DNA of 64,000 nt, taken from Candidatus Pelagibacter sp. Its GTDB lineage: Bacteria; Pseudomonadota; Alphaproteobacteria; Pelagibacterales; Pelagibacteraceae. The stretch lies in the NCBI RefSeq assembly GCF_052046145.1, contig NZ_JBNGZR010000001.1, positions 1,031,199 to 1,095,198 on the forward strand. The letters run 5' to 3'. A program made the position numbers and the translations under genes. A model generated the notes under the pieces. It searched no databases and was not told where the DNA came from. It saw only the letters and a program-made list of their open reading frames with translations. Positions within the stretch are counted from its first letter, which is position 1, and every line of letters begins with the position of its first letter. Below are positions 51,434 to 60,585 of this stretch, piece by piece.

Positions 51434-52504
51434 ATGCATAAATTTTTAATTCGATCTTTCGTCTCTTCTTTAGTTTTATTATTTACATTAACTGTAGCTG
51501 CAGTTGCCAAAGATGTTAAGGCAGCATTTGTTTATATTGGTCCAACTGGTGACCATGGATGGACATATCAGCATGATGTAGGTAGAAAAGCTGTTGAAGC
51601 TGCCGGATTTAAAACAACTTACGTAGAAGGTGTTCCAGAAAGTGCCGATGCTGAGAGGGTTCTTAGACAATTAGCTAACTCTGGTCATGATGTTATCTTT
51701 ACAACTAGTTTTGGATATATGAATCCAACTAACAAAGTTGCAAAAGAATTTCCAAATGTAAAATTTGAACATGCTACTGGATACAAAAGAGAACATCCAA
51801 ATGTTTCAACATACGCAGCTAGATTCTATGAAGGTAGAACTATCTTAGGAACAATTGCTGGAACTATGACAAAATCAAATGTTATTGGTTATGTTGCATC
51901 TTTTCCAATTCCTGAAGTTATCAGAGGTATCAATTCATTTACTTTAGCAGCTCAAAAAGTTAACCCAAATATTAAAACTAAAATTGTTTGGGCTTTCACT
52001 TGGTATGATCCAGGTAAAGAAGCAGAGGCAGCAAAAGCTTTAATCGATCAGGGTGCTGATGTAATTGCTCAACATACAGATAGTACTGCTATTGTTCAAA
52101 TGGCTGAAAAAGCTGGAGTATATGCTTTTGGACAAGCAAGTGATATGGACAAGTTTGCTCCTAAAGCTGTATTAACTTCAGTTGAGAACAATTGGGGACC
52201 ATATTACGTAGACAGAGTTAAAGCAGTTGCAAATGGTACATGGAGCCAAAAAGATACTTGGCATGGTATTGGAGATGGTATGGTTGTGATATCAGATTTG
52301 GATTCACAAATGCCAGCTGACCTGAGATCAAAAGTTAAAAAACTTCAGGCAGATTTAGCATCTGGAAAAGTTCATTCTTTCACAGGACCAATTTATGACC
52401 AGAAAGGTAACTTGATGGTTGCTGAAGGAAAAACTGCAGATGATGGAATGCTTGCAGGAATGATGACTTATGTTAAAGGTGTTGAAGGAGATATACCGAA
52501 GTAA
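51434..52504 (+). CDS. BMP-family purine/nucleoside-binding periplasmic protein
   Basis: GDHGWTYQH, TTSFGY, EHATGY, PIPEVIRGIN, WYDPGKE, QHTDS. Confidence 0.9.
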   Translation: MHKFLIRSFVSSLVLLFTLTVAAVAKDVKAAFVYIGPTGDHGWTYQHDVGRKAVEAAGFKTTYVEGVPESADAERVLRQLANSGHDVIFTTSFGYMNPTNKVAKEFPNVKFEHATGYKREHPNVSTYAARFYEGRTILGTIAGTMTKSNVIGYVASFPIPEVIRGINSFTLAAQKVNPNIKTKIVWAFTWYDPGKEAEAAKALIDQGADVIAQHTDSTAIVQMAEKAGVYAFGQASDMDKFAPKAVLTSVENNWGPYYVDRVKAVANGTWSQKDTWHGIGDGMVVISDLDSQMPADLRSKVKKLQADLASGKVHSFTGPIYDQKGNLMVAEGKTADDGMLAGMMTYVKGVEGDIPK

Positions 52505-52526
52505 GCTCTTAAACTTATAAAAATTT

Positions 52527-52556
52527 AAAAGGCCAGTTTTTTAACTGGCCTTTTTT
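52527..52556. terminator. Bidirectional rho-independent terminator
   Basis: AAAAGGCCAGTT-TTTT-AACTGGCC-T6 between convergent BMP and PRTase genes. Confidence 0.9.
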
Positions 52557-53079
52557 ATATTTGATGTTTTTTTTTAATTTCTTCAATTCTTAATTCTTCA
52601 TAAATTTCGAAGGGCTGCACAATCCAAGGATTATCAGGAAGTTTTTTTGCACAAAAATCTGGCTCAAATGTTGATTTCTTTTTTTTAAATAAAGTAGCAG
52701 TCTTGATATCCTCAATTTTATCCTTTATTGGTTCATATTTTTTTAACCAGTCTATACTTTTGTTAAAAGTTATTCCTGTATCAGATAAATCATCGCATAA
52801 AAGTATTTTACCACCCATATTAGGTGCGATAGAACTCATTTCCCTTGAGAACACAATATCACCCTGCTCATCCTCCACTCCTTTACCACTGTAAGACTCA
52901 ACTGCAAGATATGCACATTTTAATTTAAATATTCTGCTTAATACGTCTATCATTGGTGCTGCACCACGCATGATGCCAATCAGTATTGTTGGTTTATATC
53001 CACTTTCATCAATTTGGATTGCTAACTTTTCAACAGTCTGGTTGTACTCTTCCCAACTGACAATCATTTTTTCTGTCAT
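52555..53079 (-). CDS. gpt: Purine (xanthine/guanine) phosphoribosyltransferase
   Basis: GIMRGA, LLCDDLSDTGIT PRPP loop, WIVQPFE; purine cluster context. Confidence 0.75.
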   Translation of the reverse strand: MTEKMIVSWEEYNQTVEKLAIQIDESGYKPTILIGIMRGAAPMIDVLSRIFKLKCAYLAVESYSGKGVEDEQGDIVFSREMSSIAPNMGGKILLCDDLSDTGITFNKSIDWLKKYEPIKDKIEDIKTATLFKKKKSTFEPDFCAKKLPDNPWIVQPFEIYEELRIEEIKKKHQI

Positions 53080-53096
53080 AATTTTTTAATATCTAT

Positions 53097-54005
53097 TTAT
53101 TTAAATAATAAAACTAAAACTGCAAGAACGATAAGTGCAATTATTGAAGATATTAAGATATACAACCTATGAATGTTTCTTCCTCTTAAATTAAAATAAT
53201 GTCGTGCTACTCCAGTAATAACTGCTAATGCACATAATATTAACCAATTATACTGATGATAAACTAAGAAACTTGAGTGTCCAGAAAGCATTATAAACAA
53301 TACTAAAAAAGTGGAATAATTATTATGAATTGATCTCTGTTTAGCTGCAAGAGATAAACTCATATCAAATTTTTCACCTCTTTTACTACTGGTGATGATG
53401 TTCATTTGATTGGGTATAATAACTGTAAAAACATTACCAAACATATTGGTTCCTATAATTAGTCCAACACTTAAAATTGCAAATTTTGGTCCAAACAATT
53501 TTGTTAAACCAAAGGAAACAGCTGCTAATAAAATAATTGCTGTAGATATAAATAGTACATTATTTTCAATCAATTTTGATTTACACAATAGATCGTATAT
53601 AAACCAAAAAATAATTAATGATAAAAGCGAGATAATAATGGCGTAACTAGGAGGCATCAACAGAACACGTTTATCGACCATTAATACACCAGCGTTATAA
53701 TAATAAATTACAACTAAGAGCAACATTCCTGTTACAAAAGTTAGGTAACTTTGCCATTTAAAAATTACTAATCTATTTAAATAATCCTGTGGTGGTGAGG
53801 TTTTTAACCTTGAAAGTTTATAAAAAAAACCAGAATGCATCAGATATCCTTCTCCATCGACATCATCACTTGTTATATTTTTATTTAAATTATTGTCTAA
53901 GTAATTAAATAAAAAACTGTTACCTACCCATAATATTGCAAATACTACATGGCCCCATCTTAGAATAACTTCTAACCATTTAATTGTATAAGGTAAAAAT
54001 TCCAT
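53097..54005 (-). CDS. puuD: PuuD-type membrane urate oxidase, membrane domain only
   Basis: RWGHV..WVG.SF, FKWQSY.T..TG, IIPNQ, AKQRSIHNNY, RHYFN; ends at 302 aa with no CxxCH. Confidence 0.85.
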   Translation of the reverse strand: MEFLPYTIKWLEVILRWGHVVFAILWVGNSFLFNYLDNNLNKNITSDDVDGEGYLMHSGFFYKLSRLKTSPPQDYLNRLVIFKWQSYLTFVTGMLLLVVIYYYNAGVLMVDKRVLLMPPSYAIIISLLSLIIFWFIYDLLCKSKLIENNVLFISTAIILLAAVSFGLTKLFGPKFAILSVGLIIGTNMFGNVFTVIIPNQMNIITSSKRGEKFDMSLSLAAKQRSIHNNYSTFLVLFIMLSGHSSFLVYHQYNWLILCALAVITGVARHYFNLRGRNIHRLYILISSIIALIVLAVLVLLFK

Positions 54006-54475
54006 CAGTATTTTATTTTATCTACTTTTTTATCCCAAATTTCAAAAGCTTTTAAAGCTTCTTCTCTAAGCATTTGTACCATTTTAATTTTTCTATCATC
54101 AATTTTTTTTGGAATTTCTGTATAAATAAAAGAATCATCAAAATCTATATTTTTTGCATCTTCTCTAGTGTTAGCATAATATATTTTACCTAATCTTGAC
54201 CAATAAATTGCTGAAAGACACATTGGGCAAGGTTCACAAGATGTATAAATCTCGCATCCAGATAGATCAAAAGTATTTAAATTTTTACAAGCTTCTCGAA
54301 TTGCTACTATTTCTCCATGAGCAGTTGGATCATTTGTGGAAGTAACTTTGTTAGAGCCCTCTGCAATAATCTTTTGATCCTTAACTATAACACTTCCAAA
54401 GGGACCTCCTATAGTATTCGCACTTTTTATTGAAAGTTCAATGGCTTTTGCCATAAATTTTTTTTTATCTTCCAT
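54005..54475 (-). CDS. guaD: Guanine deaminase, CDA-fold (B. subtilis GuaD type)
   Basis: GGPFGSVIV, NDPTAHGE, EPCPMCLSAIYW, FDDSFIY. Confidence 0.88.
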   Translation of the reverse strand: MEDKKKFMAKAIELSIKSANTIGGPFGSVIVKDQKIIAEGSNKVTSTNDPTAHGEIVAIREACKNLNTFDLSGCEIYTSCEPCPMCLSAIYWSRLGKIYYANTREDAKNIDFDDSFIYTEIPKKIDDRKIKMVQMLREEALKAFEIWDKKVDKIKY

Positions 54476-56780
54476 TTTTTTTTTTTATTTTATTTTTAAT
54501 TTTGTTAATACTCATTAAAATTCTTTCAGGTGTTGCTGGCGCATTAAGTTCTGGTACAAACTGATAATTTCCAACTGAAGCAACTGCATCTTTAATTGCA
54601 TAAAAAACACTCATAGCTAACATTAGAGGAGGTTCGCCTGTTGTCTTTGCTTTATTAACAACTTTTTCTTTATTTATTCCATCTTTAAAAATTTCTACAT
54701 TAAATTTTTTTGGAATATCACTTACAGCAGGAATTTTATACGTTGATGGAGAGAAAGTTGTAATTTGACCATTTGATTTCCAATTTAGTTCTTCAATAGT
54801 TAACCAACCTTGTCCTTGAACAAAACCCCCTTCGATCTGACCTAATTCAAGTGCAGGATTTATTGGTTTTCCTGCATCATGCAAAATATCAACTCTTTCT
54901 AGGATATTTTCACCTGTTAGCGTATCTATAGTTACTTCTGAAACAGCTGCACCATAACAAAAATAATAAAATGGTCTTCCTCTAAATTTTTTTTTATCAA
55001 AGTTTATTTTTGGCGTTGAATAAAAACCTGAGGATGAAAGAGAAATTCTATTTAAATATGCTTCTTGGATAATACTTTTAAATTCAAATTGTCTGTTTCC
55101 AAATATTATATATTGATCCTTATAAATTGCTTCTTGATTGTAAATCTTATATTTTTTTTTAATAAATTTTTCTAAATTTAATTTAATTTTTGCTACTGCA
55201 TTTAATGCTGCAGCACCATTAAGGTCTGTGGTTGAAGATGCAGCGCTAGCTGAAGTATTTGGTACCTTAGCTGTATTTGTTGATGAAATATGTACTAAAT
55301 TATATGGTAATCCCAAGGAATTGGCCACTAGTTGAGCTATTTTTGTATGAGTCCCTTGACCCATTTCTATACCACCATGGTTCAAGTACACACTTCCATC
55401 TGTATAAATATGCACTAAAGCACCAGCTTGATTTAAATGAATTGTTGTAAATGAAATCCCAAATTTTACTGGTGTAATAGCTATACCCTTCTTTTTAAAT
55501 TTATTTTTTTCATTGAATTTTTTTATCTCTGAATATCTTTTCTTATAATTAGATTTATTTTCTAAATTTTTAAATATTTCATTAATCACATTGTCTTCAA
55601 TAGTCATTCCATAGTGAGTTATATTTTTTTTATCTTTTTGATAAAAATTTTTCTTTCGAACTTGAATAGGATCTATTTTTAAATACCTTGAAATATTATC
55701 AATAACATTTTCTATAGCCATCATTCCTTGATTTCCACCAAAGCCTCTAAATGCAGTTGAAGTTGGAATATTTGTCTTGCATAAATTATTTGTTACCTCG
55801 ATATCTGATATGTAATACGCATTGTCTATATGAAGAAGAGCTCTTTCATTTATTGCTGCTGATAAATCAGGCGACATTCCACAATTTGATGATAAGTTAA
55901 TTTTTAATCCTTCAATAATTCCTTCATCATTAAATCCAACTTCGTATTCAGATAAAAATTCATGCCTTTTACCAGTCAAAATTATATCATCATCTCTATC
56001 TAGTCTTAATTTCACAGGCTGACCTGTTTTTTTTGCCAACAACGCACAAATACATGCAGTCATAAAATTTGTCTCTTTCCCTCCAAATCCACCTCCAATT
56101 CTTCTTACTTCAACATTTATAGAATTACTTTTCTGATTAAACATTTTTGCAATTAATTGTTGTGTCTCAGAAGGATGTTGTGTTGAACTGTAAACTAAAA
56201 AATTATCATCTTCTTTAGGTATAACAAACGCTGCCTGACCCTCTAAATAAAAGTGTTCTTGACTTCCGGTTGTAAAGTTTCCTTTCAAATTATATTTTGA
56301 ATTTTTAATTTTCTTAGAAGGGTTTCCTTTTTTAATTTTTCTAGGCTTAAATAAAAATTGTTTTTTATTTAAAGCATCTTTTATTGTGATAACTGGTTTT
56401 AAATCTTTATAAGTGATTTTTGCCTTTAATACTGCTTTTCTTGCAAGTTCAGTAGTTGTGGCGGCTACAGCGAACAAAGGTTGACCAAAAAACTCAACTT
56501 TTTTATCTGGAAATATTGGATCACCATCAAAAACAGGGCCTACATCGTTCCTTCCTGAGATATCACTTTGAGTGACTACTGATATCACCCCTTCACTTTT
56601 TTTTACATCGCTTAAGTCTATTTTTTTGATTATTGCATGAGCTTTTTTACTTAAACCAATAGCACCATAAATTGTATTTTTTGGTTCATTAATGTCGTCA
56701 GTGTATTCAGCGTATCCACTTACATGCTTATAAGCACTATCATGTGGTCTTACATCATTAATATAGTTCTCTTTGCTCAT
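54465..56780 (-). CDS. xdhB: Xanthine dehydrogenase molybdopterin subunit
   Basis: QEHFYLEGQ, GGGFGGKE, AFRGFGG.QG, GQIEGGFVQG, GEPP. Confidence 0.96.
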   Translation of the reverse strand: MSKENYINDVRPHDSAYKHVSGYAEYTDDINEPKNTIYGAIGLSKKAHAIIKKIDLSDVKKSEGVISVVTQSDISGRNDVGPVFDGDPIFPDKKVEFFGQPLFAVAATTTELARKAVLKAKITYKDLKPVITIKDALNKKQFLFKPRKIKKGNPSKKIKNSKYNLKGNFTTGSQEHFYLEGQAAFVIPKEDDNFLVYSSTQHPSETQQLIAKMFNQKSNSINVEVRRIGGGFGGKETNFMTACICALLAKKTGQPVKLRLDRDDDIILTGKRHEFLSEYEVGFNDEGIIEGLKINLSSNCGMSPDLSAAINERALLHIDNAYYISDIEVTNNLCKTNIPTSTAFRGFGGNQGMMAIENVIDNISRYLKIDPIQVRKKNFYQKDKKNITHYGMTIEDNVINEIFKNLENKSNYKKRYSEIKKFNEKNKFKKKGIAITPVKFGISFTTIHLNQAGALVHIYTDGSVYLNHGGIEMGQGTHTKIAQLVANSLGLPYNLVHISSTNTAKVPNTSASAASSTTDLNGAAALNAVAKIKLNLEKFIKKKYKIYNQEAIYKDQYIIFGNRQFEFKSIIQEAYLNRISLSSSGFYSTPKINFDKKKFRGRPFYYFCYGAAVSEVTIDTLTGENILERVDILHDAGKPINPALELGQIEGGFVQGQGWLTIEELNWKSNGQITTFSPSTYKIPAVSDIPKKFNVEIFKDGINKEKVVNKAKTTGEPPLMLAMSVFYAIKDAVASVGNYQFVPELNAPATPERILMSINKIKNKIKKKNGR

Positions 56781-58217
56781 TTAATTAACTCTCGTTAGCT
56801 TATTAGAATGTATTTCTACGAAACATTTCATCAATAAATTTTTTGCTATCTCTAGTCTATATTCTTTACTTGCTCTCATATCCCCTATAGGACTTAGGTC
56901 TTTATCAAGATAATTTTTGGCTTGATTAAAAGTACTTAAATTAAGAGGTTTATTCTTAAGAATTTTCTCACAGGCTTTAGCTCTTTTTGGTACAGCTGCC
57001 ATACCTCCAAAAGCAATAAAAACCTCTTTAATTTTATTTTTATCAATTTCAAAATTAAAAGATCCACAAACAGATGAAATATCATCATCAAATCTTTTTG
57101 ATATTTTAAATGCTTTAAAAATATTTTTCTTAAATAATGGTATTTTTATTGAGTGAATAAATTCATTCTTTTTTAATTTAGTTTTTCTATAATCAAGGAA
57201 AAAATTGTTTATAGGAATAACTTTTCTTTGATTGAAGCTTTCAATTAAAATTTCTGCATTTAAAGATAACAAAATTGGTAATGTATCACCTATCGGAGAT
57301 GCTGTTGCAATGTTACCACCTATAGTTCCTACATTTCGAATTTGAACAGAACCATATCTTTTAAGAACTAAATAAAAATCTGGATAATGTTTTTTAATTT
57401 CTTTTTCAAATTTTATTAAAGGTGTAGAGGCGCCAACCTCAAGGTAATTTTTATTTACTTTTATAAAGTCTAATTCTTTTATTTCTTTTAAATCAATTAT
57501 AAAAGGAATTTCTTTTCTTTCTTTTGTAACTTTTAAAGATAAGTCTGTTCCACCTGCAAGAAAACTAAAATTTGAGTATTTTTTAATTATATTTTTTAAA
57601 TCCTTAATATTCTTTGGTGAAAAATAAATTTTATCATCTTTTTTAATATAAATATTTTTTGGTTTAATTTTTTTTAATAATTGAATAACTTTATTATTAT
57701 TTTTACTAAATTGATCATTCCTGTTTTTCTTGTCTAAACTTTTTGCAGCATCTAATATAGGTCTATATCCAGTGCAACGACATAAATTACCTGATATAGA
57801 ATCTGTTATTAATTCATTATTAAGATTTTTGTTATTTTTAAACATTGAAAATAAAGCCATAACAAATCCTGGTGTACAGAAACCGCATTGGGAACCATGA
57901 AATTTTACCATCGCATCTTGTACAGGGTGAAGTTTGCCATCTTTGGAAACCAAATCTTCTACAATTAAAAGTTGTTTACCATTTAATGATGGAACAAATG
58001 AAATACAGGAATTAATTGCTTTATATATAATCTTATTATCGACTAATTCACCTAAAACAATTGTACACGCGCCACAACCACCCTCTGAACATCCTTCTTT
58101 GGTTCCAGTCTTTTTTAATTCGGTTCTAATATAATTAAGTATGGTTTGATTTGGATCAGGATTATTGATTACTATAAGTTTATCATTTAATAGAAATTTA
58201 ACAGAGCTCGATATCAC
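56781..58217 (-). CDS. xdhA: Xanthine dehydrogenase 2Fe-2S/FAD subunit (GTG start)
   Basis: GCSEGGCGAC, QCGFCTPG, CRCTGY, AGGTD, GGNIATASPIGD, KISKRFDDDIS. Confidence 0.96.
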   Translation of the reverse strand: MISSSVKFLLNDKLIVINNPDPNQTILNYIRTELKKTGTKEGCSEGGCGACTIVLGELVDNKIIYKAINSCISFVPSLNGKQLLIVEDLVSKDGKLHPVQDAMVKFHGSQCGFCTPGFVMALFSMFKNNKNLNNELITDSISGNLCRCTGYRPILDAAKSLDKKNRNDQFSKNNNKVIQLLKKIKPKNIYIKKDDKIYFSPKNIKDLKNIIKKYSNFSFLAGGTDLSLKVTKERKEIPFIIDLKEIKELDFIKVNKNYLEVGASTPLIKFEKEIKKHYPDFYLVLKRYGSVQIRNVGTIGGNIATASPIGDTLPILLSLNAEILIESFNQRKVIPINNFFLDYRKTKLKKNEFIHSIKIPLFKKNIFKAFKISKRFDDDISSVCGSFNFEIDKNKIKEVFIAFGGMAAVPKRAKACEKILKNKPLNLSTFNQAKNYLDKDLSPIGDMRASKEYRLEIAKNLLMKCFVEIHSNKLTRVN

Positions 58218-58568
58218 TTAACTACCTCTATAAGTAGAATAACTCCAAGGTGAAACAAGTAAAGGAACATGATAGTGCTGTGAGGGATCTGAAATACCAA
58301 ATCTGATAATAACATCATCCAGGAATGGAACATCGCTAGCTGCAGATGTATTTTTAAAATAATCACCAATATGAAAAACTAATTCATATTTACCCTTAAT
58401 AAAAATATCGCCCTCAGCTAATGGTGAATTAGCTCTACCATCGTCATTGAGTTTTGTTGACGTTAATTTTTTTCGTTCTGAATTATTAATATAAAACAAC
58501 TCAACTAGGATACCATTGCCAGGTTTACCAGAATACACATCTAAAACATGAGTTGTGAGCTTTGTCAT
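58218..58568 (-). CDS. uraH: 5-hydroxyisourate hydrolase
   Basis: LTTHVLD, HYHVPLL, C-terminal YRGS. Confidence 0.96.
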   Translation of the reverse strand: MTKLTTHVLDVYSGKPGNGILVELFYINNSERKKLTSTKLNDDGRANSPLAEGDIFIKGKYELVFHIGDYFKNTSAASDVPFLDDVIIRFGISDPSQHYHVPLLVSPWSYSTYRGS

Positions 58569-58616
58569 AAAATTATAATATCATTTAGTTTTAAACTTAA
58601 ATTATTTTAAAGTTAT

Positions 58617-59114
58617 ATGAGAACAATAGATAACATTAACGATCTTAACAAGTCTGATTTTTTGTCTTTATTTGGTAATGTTTTTGAAAAAACTGAGTCA
58701 GTTGCAGTGGAAGCATTTGAGTCAAAACCATTTAAAAACTTCGAAGATATTATGTTTAAAATGCTTGATATTTATGAAAATTACGAAAAGAATAAAATTT
58801 TAGAGATTTTAAATGCTCATCCTGAGCTTGCTGTAGCAAAAAAAATGACCTCCGAATCTATATCAGAACAAGCTTCTGCAAAATTAAACCAATGTTCTAA
58901 TGATGAATATGAAGAATTTAAAAAATTAAATTCAGAATATAAAAAAAAGTTTAATTTTCCTTTTATAATTGCCGTAAAAGGTAAAGATAAAAATGAAATT
59001 TTGAATAATTTTAGACAAAGAATACAAAGTGATGTAGAAAGTGAATTCCTTGAAGCAAAAAAACAAGTAAAAAAAATCGCAACCTTTCGTTTGAATGAAA
59101 TAAATAAAAAATGA
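58617..59114 (+). CDS. uraD: OHCU decarboxylase
   Basis: VFEKT, AHPEL, SISEQ, YKKKFNFPFIIAV, QVKKIATFRL. Confidence 0.92.
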   Translation: MRTIDNINDLNKSDFLSLFGNVFEKTESVAVEAFESKPFKNFEDIMFKMLDIYENYEKNKILEILNAHPELAVAKKMTSESISEQASAKLNQCSNDEYEEFKKLNSEYKKKFNFPFIIAVKGKDKNEILNNFRQRIQSDVESEFLEAKKQVKKIATFRLNEINKK

Positions 59115-60097
59115 AAAAATTTATAAGTGCAAAAATGATTAACTTAGCGGATCCAAGAATTGGATCTAAAGTAATTTTTAAGACTGACGATTTTTTTGCA
59201 GCTGCTCACAGAATATTAAATATTAAAACTCCAGTTTTTAAAGATGGACTATTTGACAAACATGGTAAATGGATGGATGGATGGGAAACAAGAAGAAGAA
59301 GATCAAAAGGTTTTGATTATTTAATTTTAAAACTTGGTAAACCTGGAAAGATATTTGATATAGACATTGACACAACACATTTCAATGGAAATCAGCCCAC
59401 ACATGCTTCGTTAGAGGGTTGCTTAAGTAAAACAAAGCCTAATAAGAAAACTAAATGGATTTCTTTACTGAGCAAAAAAAAACTTGGGCCAAGCCGAAAC
59501 CATAGCTTCAAATCAAACAACAAATCTGTTTTTAATTATATAAGACTAAATATTTTTCCAGATGGTGGAGTTGCAAGGTTAAGGCTTTATGGAAAAATTG
59601 AAATGGAGAAAAACTTTTTAAATAACAAAACTATTAACCTTACATCTGTTTTAAATGGCGCTTCAATTATTGGTTGTAATAATGAACATTTTGGCAGAGC
59701 TGAAAATATCATAGCACCTGGTAAAGGAAAAAATATGGGAGATGGTTGGGAAACAAGAAGAAGTAGAGGAAAAAACTTTGATTGGCTTATAATAAAATTT
59801 GGAAAACCAGGATTAATAAAAAAGCTAGAGATAGATACCCATCATTTTAAAGGAAACTATCCCGATAGTTGTTCAATTCAAACTGCAAGCATTTCAAAAA
59901 AACTGTCCAATAAATCAATTGTCAATAATTCAAAAAATTGGAAGTTTATTATAAATAAGTCAAAACTGTCAGCTCACAAGAAACATATTTTTAAAAAATT
60001 CTTAATTAAGAGAAGTAAGGAAAATTATCTTAAAATAAATATCTATCCAGACGGTGGAATTTCAAGAATAAGGGCATTTGGAAATTTTGTGAGATGA
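59111..60097 (+). CDS. alc: Allantoicase
   Basis: Two repeats with DGWETRR, IDT.HF.GN, PDGG..R.R. Confidence 0.95.
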   Translation: MKKFISAKMINLADPRIGSKVIFKTDDFFAAAHRILNIKTPVFKDGLFDKHGKWMDGWETRRRRSKGFDYLILKLGKPGKIFDIDIDTTHFNGNQPTHASLEGCLSKTKPNKKTKWISLLSKKKLGPSRNHSFKSNNKSVFNYIRLNIFPDGGVARLRLYGKIEMEKNFLNNKTINLTSVLNGASIIGCNNEHFGRAENIIAPGKGKNMGDGWETRRSRGKNFDWLIIKFGKPGLIKKLEIDTHHFKGNYPDSCSIQTASISKKLSNKSIVNNSKNWKFIINKSKLSAHKKHIFKKFLIKRSKENYLKINIYPDGGISRIRAFGNFVR

Positions 60098-60585
60098 AAA
60101 TAATAAAAGCAAAAAAAATTACTAAAAAAAATTTTTCTAAATTTGGTCAATTAATAGATACGTCAAAAAAAAATCCTATAAATATTAATGATGGGTATGC
60201 AAAAAGATTTGATAATTTAATTAACGTAGATGCATCTAAAAACAAAGGGAAAGCAATTGTTAGTATTTTTAAAGCAAAAAAAAGAAGGTTTCCTATGAAA
60301 ATTGACATGATGGAAAAACATCCTTTAGGAAGCCAAGCCTTTATACCAATGGAAGATACAAAATTTTTAGTATTTGTAGCACCAAAAGGAGATAAACCAG
60401 ATGTAAATAAAATCCAATCCTTTTTAGTCCCAAAACAAACTGGAGTTAATTACAATGCTGGTATTTGGCACTTTCCGTTGATTTCTATGAAAAATATGAA
60501 TTTTCTAATTGTTGATAGAAAAGGAAAAGGAAACAATCTTGTTATTTATAAATTTAAAAAAGATAAAATTATTTTGAAAAAATGA
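60094..60585 (+). CDS. allA: Ureidoglycolate lyase
   Basis: FSKFG, MEKHPLGSQAFIP, GVNYNAGIWHFP, VDRKG. Confidence 0.92.
   Translation: MKIIKAKKITKKNFSKFGQLIDTSKKNPININDGYAKRFDNLINVDASKNKGKAIVSIFKAKKRRFPMKIDMMEKHPLGSQAFIPMEDTKFLVFVAPKGDKPDVNKIQSFLVPKQTGVNYNAGIWHFPLISMKNMNFLIVDRKGKGNNLVIYKFKKDKIILKK

Noticed and set aside
53080-53110. Frameshifted or read-through cytochrome c tail of puuD
   Set aside because: The PRTase start follows within 17 nt and no CxxCH is visible downstream of the puuD stop
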